From the IMG/VR virus record IMGVR_UViG_3300048074_000065: a DNA stretch of 64,000 bases; one strand, 5' to 3'. A model generated the notes under the pieces. It saw nothing but the letters and a program-made list of their open reading frames with translations, was not told the DNA's origin and searched no databases. Every line of letters starts with the position of its first letter. Within the stretch, counting starts at the first letter, position 1. This DNA is from a virus. Below, one piece after another: positions 40,285 to 49,672 of the stretch. Position numbers and translations under genes: made by a program.

Positions 40285-43118
40285 CGGTGACCTGGCGTGA
40301 TAAACCCTATTATTACGACGGATACATGGCCGTCCTGAACCCCGCGACGGTGCTGGCCGCGCAGGTGGACTATACCAACACGAATGGCAGCGGCAAACTG
40401 TCGGGCACGAGTATCTGGCAGTACGTCTTCTTCGATACGGTCACCGTTGGCGATACCTCGGCCACGGGCGTCGAAGCGGGCATGATGCTGACCATCGGCA
40501 GCAGCGCGGGTGCAGATGATCTGGGACGCTGCCGGGTGCGCGGCGTGACGACCGTCAACGTCAGCGGTACGGACTACACGGTGTTGATGGTCTGGGCCAG
40601 TCCCAACAAAGCGGACGGCGGGCTGTACATCTACAACACGACCATTTACCTGACCGTGCTGAATGATTTCCGAGTGTGGATGAAGGCCCCCTACTACATC
40701 GGCGCATCGGGCTACTTCGACGGCACCATCGGTCCTGTCCCCGCCACCTGGAAACCTGCGCCTAAAGCGAACGCGGGACCGGGCTATGCGGGCTTCGTGG
40801 ATGCCACTACCGGGCTGGCGACCGTCTCCTTCAGCGGGGCGGACAGTTATGCGACGGCGCGGGATGCGGTGCTGGGGGCGTGGGGGGCGGACATTGCCCC
40901 GACGGGCACCATCACCTCGTCGTCTGAGAACGGTACGAACTACGATCATCTGGTGGTCGATGGCAACAACACGACCTACTGGGAAGCGGCGACTGACCAG
41001 AATGAGTGGCTTAAATTTGTGTTTCCGGCAGCCAAGAAGATTAAGAAGTTTTCGATGACTTGCACGGGACTGTATGCTCCCCAGCAATTCAGGATTCGTC
41101 TCAACGCCCTGGGGTCCGGTGGCGAACTGATAGCCTATTATTACTCGACCGCCTGGGGAACGAATGAAACCCGCACCTTTTATATCGACTATGATTATCC
41201 CGATGGGGGAGTGACCACCTACTATTTGGATGTCCAAACCTCGGATGGCGGCGGGGCCTATCCCGTGCGCATCAAGGAAGTCAAGTTCTACGAAGAAGAT
41301 CGCACGACCGCTTACACGTGGTCCGTCGATGCCACGGTGACGATCACGGTCGGTTCGACCACCACCGAAGCCATTACCGCCACCTTCCCACCGGGCTGGC
41401 ACTTTGTCAAACTCACGGTGACGGATACCTTGAGCAGCACCGGGGTGGTGCGCGTGCCCGTATTTTGCAGTTATGCGCCGAACCTACCAGACCAGATTAC
41501 CAGCTACTCCAAGCTCTCGACCGCTGGAGCGACGTTCTTTGCGACCAACAACTCGGTGGGGTTCGGCCCTGAAAAGGCTTTCGATGGGTTGTACTCCAGC
41601 GCGAGCCACTGCTGGTTCACCTTATCTACCAACCCGCGCACCATCACGGGCTACATCGGGGCGACTTTGGCGACCTCGAAAACGGTGGGACGCTACACGG
41701 TGCGGTCGCCGCTGACCTACAACCGGTCTCCGAAGAACTGGACGTTCGAGTATCAGGTCGGGAGTACCTGGACGGTGGCCGATACACAGACTAATCAGGT
41801 CTATACCGCCGACTATCAGGAGAAGGTCTTTACGCTGACGACGCCGGTTACCGGGACCTCGTTCCGGCTCAACGTGACCCTCAACGGGGGCAACGCCGAT
41901 TACCTAGGCGTCTCTGAGTTCGAACTGCACGAACCGGTCTACACCGCGCGTCCGGCGCACGCCGACCTGATGACCGATGTCGAAGTGACCAATCAGGTGC
42001 TCAGTCTGGGTGGGCAAAAACTGTCGGTCATCATCCACGATGACCTGTCCGTGACGGACTACCCGGATGGCACGCTCGTGATGTACTGGGAGGACGAGTA
42101 TTACGGCGGCGTCAAGGGCAGCCTGACGACGGCGGGTCCGACCGGGCGCGAGCACGTCAAATTCATCGGGTGGATCGACACGGAACCGACCGAGATTGTG
42201 GCCGAGTCGTTCGACACTCGCACCAGCACGACTTTCGACTGCGTGGACGTGGGCGGACGCCTGGCGCAGCTCCCGGCCTTTTCGCTGATGTTCGAGCGGG
42301 TCACGACCACGCCGGGCTATCTGTATGAGCTGTACGGCGCGAACCTGGACCGCTGCATCTACGTGATGCTGCATTACATGTCCACCGCTTGCGAAGTGGC
42401 GGACTTCTACGGCACGCAGCTGGGCGATACCTGGGGCGTCAGCATCCTGGCCATGCAAAGCGGCACGCTGTTTTCGTCCATCGATGAACGGGCGCAAGCC
42501 ATTGCCTACCGCTTCACGTGCGACAAACTAGGACGGCTGCGACTCATCGAAGACCCGATGCTCAAGGGCACGACCGATCATGGGACCTCGGTTACCCTGG
42601 CCTTGACCGAAGCCGACTATTCGTCCTTGACCTTCACGCACACCCGCCCCAGCCGTTACCACTGGTTGTGGGGCAGTAGCATCGACACCTACCTGCTCGA
42701 AGTCAAAACCGACGTGTCGTTCTTTATCTCGACCTACTTCTGCGTGGTACCGGGCGAAACGCCAGGACAGGGAGCATCGTCGGAGGATCATGGCGAGCAG
42801 TTGGGCACCCAGTTCGAGCTGAACTGGCGCGAAGGGCACCGTTATGCCGCTCGGTTGAATGCCAACGACTCGAACCTGGAGATGGTCCTGTGCCATGCCG
42901 GGGATTACGGGCTGGACCCGGCGCAGATGATCTGGGTGAGTGTCACGTTGACCGCCGATCACGCCCCCGTGCGCGGGCGGACCTTTGCGGCCAAGCCCGC
43001 CTTGTTGTACGAAATGCGGATCGTGCATGATCACGCCGCCAAAACCAAAACCGTGTCGCTGACGATGGAGTTGGAAGTGTACGGCACGTCGGCAGTGACC
43101 TATACGCCTCCGGCCTAA
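40281..43118 (+). CDS. large tail tip/baseplate protein with two discoidin (F5/8 type C, CBM32-like) segments
   Basis: 945 aa. VVDGNNTTYWEAATDQNEWLKFVF and KAFDGLYSSASHCWFTL...KNWTFEY resemble discoidin-domain signatures. Confidence 0.55.
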   Translation: MTVTWRDKPYYYDGYMAVLNPATVLAAQVDYTNTNGSGKLSGTSIWQYVFFDTVTVGDTSATGVEAGMMLTIGSSAGADDLGRCRVRGVTTVNVSGTDYTVLMVWASPNKADGGLYIYNTTIYLTVLNDFRVWMKAPYYIGASGYFDGTIGPVPATWKPAPKANAGPGYAGFVDATTGLATVSFSGADSYATARDAVLGAWGADIAPTGTITSSSENGTNYDHLVVDGNNTTYWEAATDQNEWLKFVFPAAKKIKKFSMTCTGLYAPQQFRIRLNALGSGGELIAYYYSTAWGTNETRTFYIDYDYPDGGVTTYYLDVQTSDGGGAYPVRIKEVKFYEEDRTTAYTWSVDATVTITVGSTTTEAITATFPPGWHFVKLTVTDTLSSTGVVRVPVFCSYAPNLPDQITSYSKLSTAGATFFATNNSVGFGPEKAFDGLYSSASHCWFTLSTNPRTITGYIGATLATSKTVGRYTVRSPLTYNRSPKNWTFEYQVGSTWTVADTQTNQVYTADYQEKVFTLTTPVTGTSFRLNVTLNGGNADYLGVSEFELHEPVYTARPAHADLMTDVEVTNQVLSLGGQKLSVIIHDDLSVTDYPDGTLVMYWEDEYYGGVKGSLTTAGPTGREHVKFIGWIDTEPTEIVAESFDTRTSTTFDCVDVGGRLAQLPAFSLMFERVTTTPGYLYELYGANLDRCIYVMLHYMSTACEVADFYGTQLGDTWGVSILAMQSGTLFSSIDERAQAIAYRFTCDKLGRLRLIEDPMLKGTTDHGTSVTLALTEADYSSLTFTHTRPSRYHWLWGSSIDTYLLEVKTDVSFFISTYFCVVPGETPGQGASSEDHGEQLGTQFELNWREGHRYAARLNANDSNLEMVLCHAGDYGLDPAQMIWVSVTLTADHAPVRGRTFAAKPALLYEMRIVHDHAAKTKTVSLTMELEVYGTSAVTYTPPA

Positions 43119-43120
43119 CC

Positions 43121-43414
43121 ATGATTACACGTGATGAAGTGCGCAGCTTGATCCGGGATAAACTGGCCCATGCCAAGTTTATGAACTACATCCCCGCCGT
43201 CATGGGGCGCTTCGATGGGGGAAGCACTTACACCTTTACGGTACCCGGTGGACGGGGGTATACTTATGTCAGGATCATCCAGAGTGGCAGCCCGATTACG
43301 CTGACGAAAGCGCTCAACCGGGCGGGCATTGCCAACACGGGCGATCTCCCGATCTGGTTGGACTATGACGCCGATGGACGGCTGATCATTATCTCCGCGA
43401 GGTTTACCGGCTGA
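43121..43414 (+). CDS. small protein (97 aa) with an LAxTG-like IANTG motif 23 residues from its C-terminus
   Basis: ...KALNRAGIANTGDLPIWLDYDADGRLIIISARFTG*. Its stop overlaps the sortase start (TGATG). Confidence 0.5.
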   Translation: MITRDEVRSLIRDKLAHAKFMNYIPAVMGRFDGGSTYTFTVPGGRGYTYVRIIQSGSPITLTKALNRAGIANTGDLPIWLDYDADGRLIIISARFTG

Positions 43415-43911
43415 TGAAACGTGGACTGTTCCTGATTTTACTACTGCTCACCCTGGGAGGGACTGCCCCCGCGTCCAGTACCGAACAGCCGTTGGGTATG
43501 CTGCTGATTCCGTCGATTCAATTGACGCAGCCCATCTATGAACGGATGGAAACCAACGGCGTGTTGGACTTGAACACGCTGGGGACGCGCGTGGCCCATT
43601 ATGGGGGGACGGGCTGGTTGAACACGGGCTACAGTCCCATCATTTTGGTCGGGCATCTAGCGCTCTTGGAAAAGCGACCGGGAGCCTTCTATCGGCTCTC
43701 CGAAGTTAACGTCGGGACGCGGATCATTGTATCTGATACCAGTGAGAGCGCCTGGTTCCGGGTCACTTCCTCCTATGTCACCGATCCGTCGGACGCCGAC
43801 GTGCTGCGATTACAGCCCGTAGCGGCGGGCACCGAGCGTATCGTCCTGATTGCCTGCGAGGGCGCTGACGGAGAACGGCGGCGCATTGTCATAGCGGAAA
43901 GGTCGAACTAA
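43414..43911 (+). CDS. sortase-family transpeptidase (class E/F-like) with an N-terminal signal/anchor
   Basis: MKRGLFLILLLLTLGG anchor. LLIPSIQL...ILVGH (His), IVLIAC (Cys) and ERRRIVIAE (Arg), in the order and spacing of sortase catalytic motifs. Confidence 0.6.
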   Translation: MKRGLFLILLLLTLGGTAPASSTEQPLGMLLIPSIQLTQPIYERMETNGVLDLNTLGTRVAHYGGTGWLNTGYSPIILVGHLALLEKRPGAFYRLSEVNVGTRIIVSDTSESAWFRVTSSYVTDPSDADVLRLQPVAAGTERIVLIACEGADGERRRIVIAERSN

Positions 43912-43912
43912 T

Positions 43913-44854
43913 ATGGGACCTGGATTTACAGTGTCGAAAGCGCCGAACATGGGCGTGCCGGGGATGGGGAGCGGGGGAGAACTTAATATCTCTTGCCCTG
44001 CCATTACCCCGACTGTCGGACCAACCGAATTATTGACCAATCCCGGCTTCGAGACAGCGGGCGCGGGAAGTCCAGATGTTTTTGCGCAGTGGTCCGAAAC
44101 CGTCGCGGGGGCATCCACGATCAACGACGAAACGACCGTCATTCACGGCGGTAGCCATGCCTGCCGGATGGATATTGACGGGTCCAATAGCAATGCCCAA
44201 ATAACCGCTGGGGTTTTGACGACTCACAAATGGTATCAATATTCCTTGTGGGCGAAAGCAGCGAGCGGCACGCCTACTCTCAGCATGGGCGTCTCGATTG
44301 CTAATTATCTCTGCACGTTGAGTACCACCTACCAGCAATTCATGACGACCCAGCGCGCGCCGAATGCCAATCTGAGCATCTTTCGATCCACCGCAACCAG
44401 CAACTCACTCTATATTGATGATACCTCATGTCAAGAAATTGCGTTCGCGACGATGCACGCCAAGTTGGGCCAACGACTGATCAGGCCGGGAACGTATACC
44501 TGTCATCCGACAGTGGCGGCGGGAACCTGCGCGGGGATGCTGATCTCCTATCTGAATGACAGTAATTTCGTGATGGCTTTGATTTATAACGGCCTGGCGA
44601 CCGTCTATGTATCGCTTTTGTCCTGCGCGGCGGGCACCTACACCGCCAAGATCGCCTATAGCACCATCTCCTACACCGCCGCTGCTGAACTCAAGGTGGT
44701 GATCAACGCCTCCAATTATTCCCTATTCTACAAGGGCATCCAAATCGGCACGACCCAGGCCATTGACGATAGCGGCATGGGGCTGGAAGTGCATGGTTGG
44801 ACCACCTACGCTGCTAATTCTGTAGGGCAGGTGACAACCGGTCCCGGTACCTGA
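43913..44854 (+). CDS. tail fibre/receptor-binding protein with a CBM4/9-like jelly-roll (putative)
   Basis: LLTNPGFETAG...WSE...GGSHACRM...YQYSLWAKA is typical of CBM_4_9-type modules. Gly-rich N-terminus MGPGF...GMGSGG. Confidence 0.45.
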   Translation: MGPGFTVSKAPNMGVPGMGSGGELNISCPAITPTVGPTELLTNPGFETAGAGSPDVFAQWSETVAGASTINDETTVIHGGSHACRMDIDGSNSNAQITAGVLTTHKWYQYSLWAKAASGTPTLSMGVSIANYLCTLSTTYQQFMTTQRAPNANLSIFRSTATSNSLYIDDTSCQEIAFATMHAKLGQRLIRPGTYTCHPTVAAGTCAGMLISYLNDSNFVMALIYNGLATVYVSLLSCAAGTYTAKIAYSTISYTAAAELKVVINASNYSLFYKGIQIGTTQAIDDSGMGLEVHGWTTYAANSVGQVTTGPGT

Positions 44855-44860
44855 ACGTTC

Positions 44861-45742
44861 TTGGCAGGGTTCACCGGAACGGTGGCCGACTTCCTGGCCC
44901 TGCCTGCTGACGGTGATGATTTTACCCTGGTGTATTTGCCGGATACGCAGATGTACCCCTTGCACCTGACAGCCTACATGGCGGATCAAATCAACTGGAT
45001 CGTCGCACAGCAAGCGGCGCTGAATATCCAATTTGTGATGCACGAGGGGGATATGGTGGACAGCGTCACCTGGGAACAATTGGACTTTGCCCAGGCAGCG
45101 ATGGCCCCCTTGCAAACGGCGCATGTCCCGACCCTGATCGCGCCGGGCAATCATGATTATCTAGGGGCGTACACGCTGCGCGATTTGACCAATTGGAAGA
45201 GTCGCTTTCCGGCGACGTGGTACACCGATCAGGCGTGGTTCGCCGGGGGTTTTTACAATAACGAACACTCCAACGTCTATTGTACTCGGACGATTGGCAG
45301 TCGAAATTATATCTTTATCGCCCTGGAATATTACCCGCGCGCTGAGGTCTTGACGTGGCTGGCGGGCGTGCTGGACGCTCATCCGTCGCACGCGGCGATC
45401 CTGGTAACCCATGCCTACATGCGGGCGGCGAATGATATGATGGTCGAAGGTTCGGGGATACGTGAAGTCGTTGCACAGCACGGCACGCCATTGCTGATAG
45501 GCAGTGGGCATTTTATCGTGGTGCCATCCGATCCGGTGGGAGATCGCATGGATTGGCTCGGCAGCGGTCAGCGCCTTATCCAATTTATCATCAACTACCA
45601 AGATATGCCGAACGATGGTGAGGGCTATTTAAGGATCATCAAGGTCAAGCCCAGCGTCAAGGCGATGCTGCACCAGACCTACAGTCCCACCCTGGACACC
45701 TATAACACGGGCGCGGAGTATGAGTTTGTGAGTGCGTGGTAA
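44861..45742 (+). CDS. calcineurin-like metallophosphoesterase
   Basis: Motifs YLPDTQ, HEGDMVD, APGNHDY and LVTHAYM. TTG start with no clear RBS, so the start is uncertain. Confidence 0.6.
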   Translation: MAGFTGTVADFLALPADGDDFTLVYLPDTQMYPLHLTAYMADQINWIVAQQAALNIQFVMHEGDMVDSVTWEQLDFAQAAMAPLQTAHVPTLIAPGNHDYLGAYTLRDLTNWKSRFPATWYTDQAWFAGGFYNNEHSNVYCTRTIGSRNYIFIALEYYPRAEVLTWLAGVLDAHPSHAAILVTHAYMRAANDMMVEGSGIREVVAQHGTPLLIGSGHFIVVPSDPVGDRMDWLGSGQRLIQFIINYQDMPNDGEGYLRIIKVKPSVKAMLHQTYSPTLDTYNTGAEYEFVSAW

Positions 45743-45746
45743 GCCT

Positions 45747-45775
45747 TGCGCATAATATAGGAATAGTTTATACTG
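45747..45775 (+). promoter_or_regulatory. sigma70-type promoter, TTGCGC-17-TATACT, ahead of the lysis-type cassette
   Basis: Exact 17-nt spacer. It lies in the 141-nt gap before the 45884 gene. Confidence 0.5.
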
Positions 45776-45883
45776 GATTGAGGTGGATCGGCACGGAGCA
45801 AGCAAACTCCCAGCCGCACGAGGCGCGACCAGGAGTCACGGGTAGTATAACCTACAATGGGCCTCTATGACAGGGGTTAGTGT

Positions 45884-46570
45884 ATGGACTTAGCCAAAGC
45901 AATTCAAGAGGACGGCGGCTGGATAGCTTTAGCTGTCATTCTGACGTTGTTGTTCTTAGTGTTACTGGTGTGGGCGATGGTCAAGCTAATCACCACGCGC
46001 GATAAATCCGCCGACGCCGTGACTATCCAGGCCGAATCCAACGCCGATATAGTCCGGGCGCTGGTGGAGCCATTCGCCCAATTCGTGACACAACTTCAAT
46101 CTGTGAGCCAAACCCAAATCACGATCAGCAAAAGTCAGCAGGTGCTCGGCGAACAGATGCAAACCCTCGCCAACTGCCTGATTGATCATGAGGCGCAATC
46201 GAAGGCGGACCGTGAATCAAATGTCCTGTTGGTTCAACAAACGAAGACCACAGTGGAGGCCAACGCAAAGTTAATTGCGGCGGTACCAGGGCAGGTGAAA
46301 GCAAGTATGGCCGAAGATTTCGAGCGCATCAACAAACAGTATGATGACGTGAAAGACGTTATCAAAACGCAGGCGGATAACCTCGTCGCCATTGATGGCA
46401 AGATTACCTTGCTCATCAACCGTCTGGACGAAGTGCCGCCCCAAACCGCCGCCGTGTTGCGCGGTGACTTGAGCGAACTCAAGGCGCTGGTGATGGGATT
46501 AGCCGCCAAACTGGAACGAGTACCGCCCCAGCCGCCCGCCGTAGTAGAGGAGAAGCCCGCCGATGAGTGA
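45884..46570 (+). CDS. membrane-anchored coiled-coil protein (holin/lysis accessory candidate)
   Basis: A single N-terminal TM segment (WIALAVILTLLFLVLLVWAMV) is followed by a long helical region. Confidence 0.4.
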   Translation: MDLAKAIQEDGGWIALAVILTLLFLVLLVWAMVKLITTRDKSADAVTIQAESNADIVRALVEPFAQFVTQLQSVSQTQITISKSQQVLGEQMQTLANCLIDHEAQSKADRESNVLLVQQTKTTVEANAKLIAAVPGQVKASMAEDFERINKQYDDVKDVIKTQADNLVAIDGKITLLINRLDEVPPQTAAVLRGDLSELKALVMGLAAKLERVPPQPPAVVEEKPADE

Positions 46571-47081
46571 CCAACTGGTAAGTATCGCCCCCTGGATCGC
46601 CTTTGCCGTGCTCGCCCTGCTGATCTGGCTGTGGCGGCGTTATGGCTCCGCTACCGAAATCAGCGCCCTGGTCGAGTCGGTCGTGCCTGATGAGTTTGAC
46701 GACGTGGCAGAATACCTCGTCTCCCTGGCAGTGTCAGTGGTGGACCAGCGCATCAAAGCCTACGAAGCCCTGACCAACGCCGAGCGGTTGGCGCTTGCGA
46801 AAAAATACGCCGCCGCCTTGCTGGATTATTCCGGTCGTAATCTGTCCGATGTGGCAATGGAAGCCCTCATTGAGGAGGAGTTGTGGCTACGGCATCAGGT
46901 GACGGACGAACCGGTGAGAGAAGTCAACATTGCCGACACGCCGCCCAAACCTGCCGAGGGTTGGCAAGCCGTGACGACCTCGGCCTATGTACCGCCGGAG
47001 ATGACAACCCCTGAGTGGGCACCTGGCGACGGACCTAACAAGGAAGTCTCAGCCGAGATACTGGCGGAGTTGAAGCCTTGA
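46563..47081 (+). CDS. membrane-anchored protein (holin/lysis accessory candidate)
   Basis: A single N-terminal TM segment (IAPWIAFAVLALLIWLW). ATGA overlap. Confidence 0.4.
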   Translation: MSDQLVSIAPWIAFAVLALLIWLWRRYGSATEISALVESVVPDEFDDVAEYLVSLAVSVVDQRIKAYEALTNAERLALAKKYAAALLDYSGRNLSDVAMEALIEEELWLRHQVTDEPVREVNIADTPPKPAEGWQAVTTSAYVPPEMTTPEWAPGDGPNKEVSAEILAELKP

Positions 47082-47148
47082 CAGCCCGCCGCTACCGTCG
47101 CAACCCGCACACCTGGATATTCTGGCGCTGTATGCTGCGAGGCCGCCG

Positions 47149-48432
47149 ATGAAACGTATCCTCTCTTTCGCTCTCATCTTCGTGGCGCTGTGGCTCTCTG
47201 CTCCCGTGCTGCGCTCCGCCGGGCAGGGTGCGCCGACACCCACGCCCGCCAAAGTCCCGTACATCATGCTCTATGAGGATGGGACGTGGGGATATATCAC
47301 GCCAACACCGGAAGGACCGACCGCCACGCCGACGGAAATCTTTGCGACTCCCAACGTGACTGCAGTACCCAGTTGGACGCCTGGGCCAACTGCCACGCCG
47401 CTGCCACTGTGTGGGGGCCTGACGACCGCCGACACCCTCAATGGACGCGACACCCCGCGGGGTAACGTGATCGTCCAATTCGAGAAGGGTACCGCGGTAG
47501 GCATTTCGGTCGGCCAATGGTACAACCATCTCGGCACCTGGGAACTGTGGTACAAGGCCACGGCTAACGGCAAGTCGGTTTGGTTGCTGTCGGATTACGT
47601 CGCGCTGAGTCCGGGCGCGGTGTGCGACTTCCCCGCCAAGCCGGTGACGACTAGCCTCCTGGGCCTGCACCTGCTACCGGGAGCCAGTGGGGCGGTCGTT
47701 GACCGTGCGTTGCCTGAACTGGGCAACCTCAAGGGCATTGATGGCAATGAGCCACTTTTACAGGCCGCGAAATCACAGCGGCCTGATCTTTTACTGGTCT
47801 ATCGCAACCTGTTCAACGCTTACGGCCAGCGCGATTATCCGCTGTCCTGGGGGCAGGGAGACGCGCGGGCGGTCGCTGATAGCTGGTGGGCCGCACAGTA
47901 CCACGTCTGGGAGACGCGCGGGCTATTGGGGCTGGTCGATTACTTTGAGGTCATCAATGAGGCGGGCTATCCCGGATCAGCGTGGGATAACGCGTTCTGG
48001 TTGCGAACTCTCGACAATGCCAAGTCTGCCGGGCTGTGCTTGGCGATCTACTCGGAGAGTTATGGTACACCAGAGATTACAGCCTATCAATTCCGCACGC
48101 CCGTGCTTGACCGTTTGCTGTCCGAAGAATGCCGCCCTGGAAAGCATCACATTATCGCGCTGCACATCTATGAGGGCGTGGCGGGCGGGGATTGGAAGTT
48201 CGGACGATGGAAACTCTTTCTCCAGGCGCTTGGGCCGAAGTACAACGCGCTGCGCTGGTATGTCAGCGAGTACGGATATTCCAAAGGCACCGGGGCGGTC
48301 GATTGCGCAGCGTTTCGGGCGGATTGGACGCAGGCAGAAAAAGCGTTCGCCCAGGCGGGCGACATCCTGGGCGTGGCAATCTTCGCGGTGGGTGGGCAGG
48401 GACAGTGGTCAGATTTCAGCTCGTGCTTCTAA
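47149..48432 (+). CDS. secreted clan GH-A-like glycoside hydrolase with an SH3-like domain (endolysin/depolymerase candidate)
   Basis: Signal peptide MKRILSFALIFVALWLSAPVLRSA and Pro/Thr linkers. FEVINE (acid/base NE) and YVSEYGY (nucleophile E) are in the spacing expected for a TIM barrel. Confidence 0.5.
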   Translation: MKRILSFALIFVALWLSAPVLRSAGQGAPTPTPAKVPYIMLYEDGTWGYITPTPEGPTATPTEIFATPNVTAVPSWTPGPTATPLPLCGGLTTADTLNGRDTPRGNVIVQFEKGTAVGISVGQWYNHLGTWELWYKATANGKSVWLLSDYVALSPGAVCDFPAKPVTTSLLGLHLLPGASGAVVDRALPELGNLKGIDGNEPLLQAAKSQRPDLLLVYRNLFNAYGQRDYPLSWGQGDARAVADSWWAAQYHVWETRGLLGLVDYFEVINEAGYPGSAWDNAFWLRTLDNAKSAGLCLAIYSESYGTPEITAYQFRTPVLDRLLSEECRPGKHHIIALHIYEGVAGGDWKFGRWKLFLQALGPKYNALRWYVSEYGYSKGTGAVDCAAFRADWTQAEKAFAQAGDILGVAIFAVGGQGQWSDFSSCF

Positions 48433-48803
48433 TAGAAGTGCGTTGGCGTTTTGCATTCCTGTAGCCCGTTGTATAGAGCATCAAGCTCTTCAAGACGCAC
48501 AGGACTGATCGCCTTATCTGAAGCCTTGTCCCAGATCGCGGCAAGATCATAGATCAGACTGTCAATGAGATTGACGGCATGTTGATGCTTACCAAATCGG
48601 CAGTCTGAGTCCGGTCCCAAATGATCGCACTCTAGCAATTCGGTGCGATAGCGATCCCACGAATGCAGGCGCGCGGGTGATATGAGCGCCAAGTGCCCCG
48701 CCTCCGTGAATACTTTAATATCATACATCAGATCATTGAACCAATGCACGATATTTTGATGCGTCATGCGGTCATGATGCGTTGGTGCTATTCGTGATTG
48801 CAT
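48429..48803 (-). CDS. hypothetical protein (124 aa)
   Basis: ORF track with a GAGGAA RBS. It is convergent with the hydrolase gene, with a 4-nt overlap. Confidence 0.55.
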   Translation of the reverse strand: MQSRIAPTHHDRMTHQNIVHWFNDLMYDIKVFTEAGHLALISPARLHSWDRYRTELLECDHLGPDSDCRFGKHQHAVNLIDSLIYDLAAIWDKASDKAISPVRLEELDALYNGLQECKTPTHFY

Positions 48804-48817
48804 ATCCTATTCCTCGC

Positions 48818-49102
48818 TTAGACTTCGCGCCAAATACCACGTTCTAGGTATCCGTGCCAACTTTCCCCCTCATTACTATAGCGAACCAAGATAGACGGAG
48901 ATACTGTAATGGTTCCATCTTCGTGTTCAACAACGGTATGATTGATCAGGTTGGCAATTCCACAGCGCGGACAAAACGCCATCCAGTAGCCGAGCGTTGG
49001 ATCAAACCAATAATCGAGCCGCTGAAGATTCAGGGGCAACGGATGAGGGGTGTCCTCATCTGGTTCTGATGGGTATACGCGCCGTCCATATTGTGATTCC
49101 AT
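48818..49102 (-). CDS. hypothetical small Cys-containing protein (94 aa)
   Basis: GAGAGGAA RBS. Motifs CPRCG...VSPSI...WHGYLERGIW. Confidence 0.55.
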   Translation of the reverse strand: MESQYGRRVYPSEPDEDTPHPLPLNLQRLDYWFDPTLGYWMAFCPRCGIANLINHTVVEHEDGTITVSPSILVRYSNEGESWHGYLERGIWREV

Positions 49103-49181
49103 TTCCTCTCATCCTCTCTCTATGCCGCTGGGGATATGGCCGAACGCCAGCCTACAGGGTAAGCTGGCGGCTGGCGGCGTA

Positions 49182-49514
49182 CTAGTCAGTCTTGGCGATC
49201 TCCCGCTGATTCTGTTGTGCCATTATCTCGTTCATTGCTTTCTCGTAGCGTCCAATAGCGACCTCGCTGATCGGCCACAACTGCGGCAACTGGCTATCGT
49301 TCGCCAGGATGTCAGTGGATCGAGTCATCCAGTCCGAAACAACGCTTGAAAAAGCGTTCTCAGGACTGATGCCAAATTGCAGCAGAACCTCAAAGCGGAC
49401 ACACAACAGATGAAGCGTTGTCCGCGATTCTGCTGGCATGTTGCGAAACAGTAGATCGGTTCGGCTCTGTAACTGTCTTTGCAGTTCTTCGCGCACCTTA
49501 TCGTTTTCGTTCAT
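49182..49514 (-). CDS. hypothetical protein (110 aa)
   Basis: ATG at 49514 follows GGAGAGGAGAGGAG. Confidence 0.55.
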   Translation of the reverse strand: MNENDKVREELQRQLQSRTDLLFRNMPAESRTTLHLLCVRFEVLLQFGISPENAFSSVVSDWMTRSTDILANDSQLPQLWPISEVAIGRYEKAMNEIMAQQNQREIAKTD

Positions 49515-49549
49515 CGTCCTCACTCCTCTCCTCTCCGCCGCGCGGGCGG

Positions 49550-49672
49550 TTAGCCGCCCCACTTCTGGCGGCATTCGTCAATCAGTCGTGTAAAATCGCG
49601 GTGCATTGCCATGATGTCCTCAGTGAGTGCGTTCTTGTCAGCCCGCCGTCGCTTGGGGGTCGAATTATACAT
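49550..49672 (-). CDS. 40-aa basic protein (not in the ORF track)
   Basis: Sequence MYNSTPKRRRADKNALTEDIMAMHRDFTRLIDECRQKWGG. GGAGGGG RBS and an ATGA overlap with the upstream gene. Confidence 0.4.
   Translation of the reverse strand: MYNSTPKRRRADKNALTEDIMAMHRDFTRLIDECRQKWGG

Noticed and set aside
47687-48508. A 273-aa plus-strand ORF in an alternative frame of the hydrolase gene.
   Set aside because: Its product is an Arg/Ser/Cys-rich translation with no RBS. It is fully overlapped by the 47149-48432 frame, which carries the signal peptide and the GH motifs.
48818-49102. Assigning the 94-aa Cys protein to a specific DUF linked to ubiquitin-like conjugation systems.
   Set aside because: My recollection of that family's signature (CPCG...SPSI...G.I.) is too vague, and no E1/E2-like neighbours are present. 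I left it as hypothetical.
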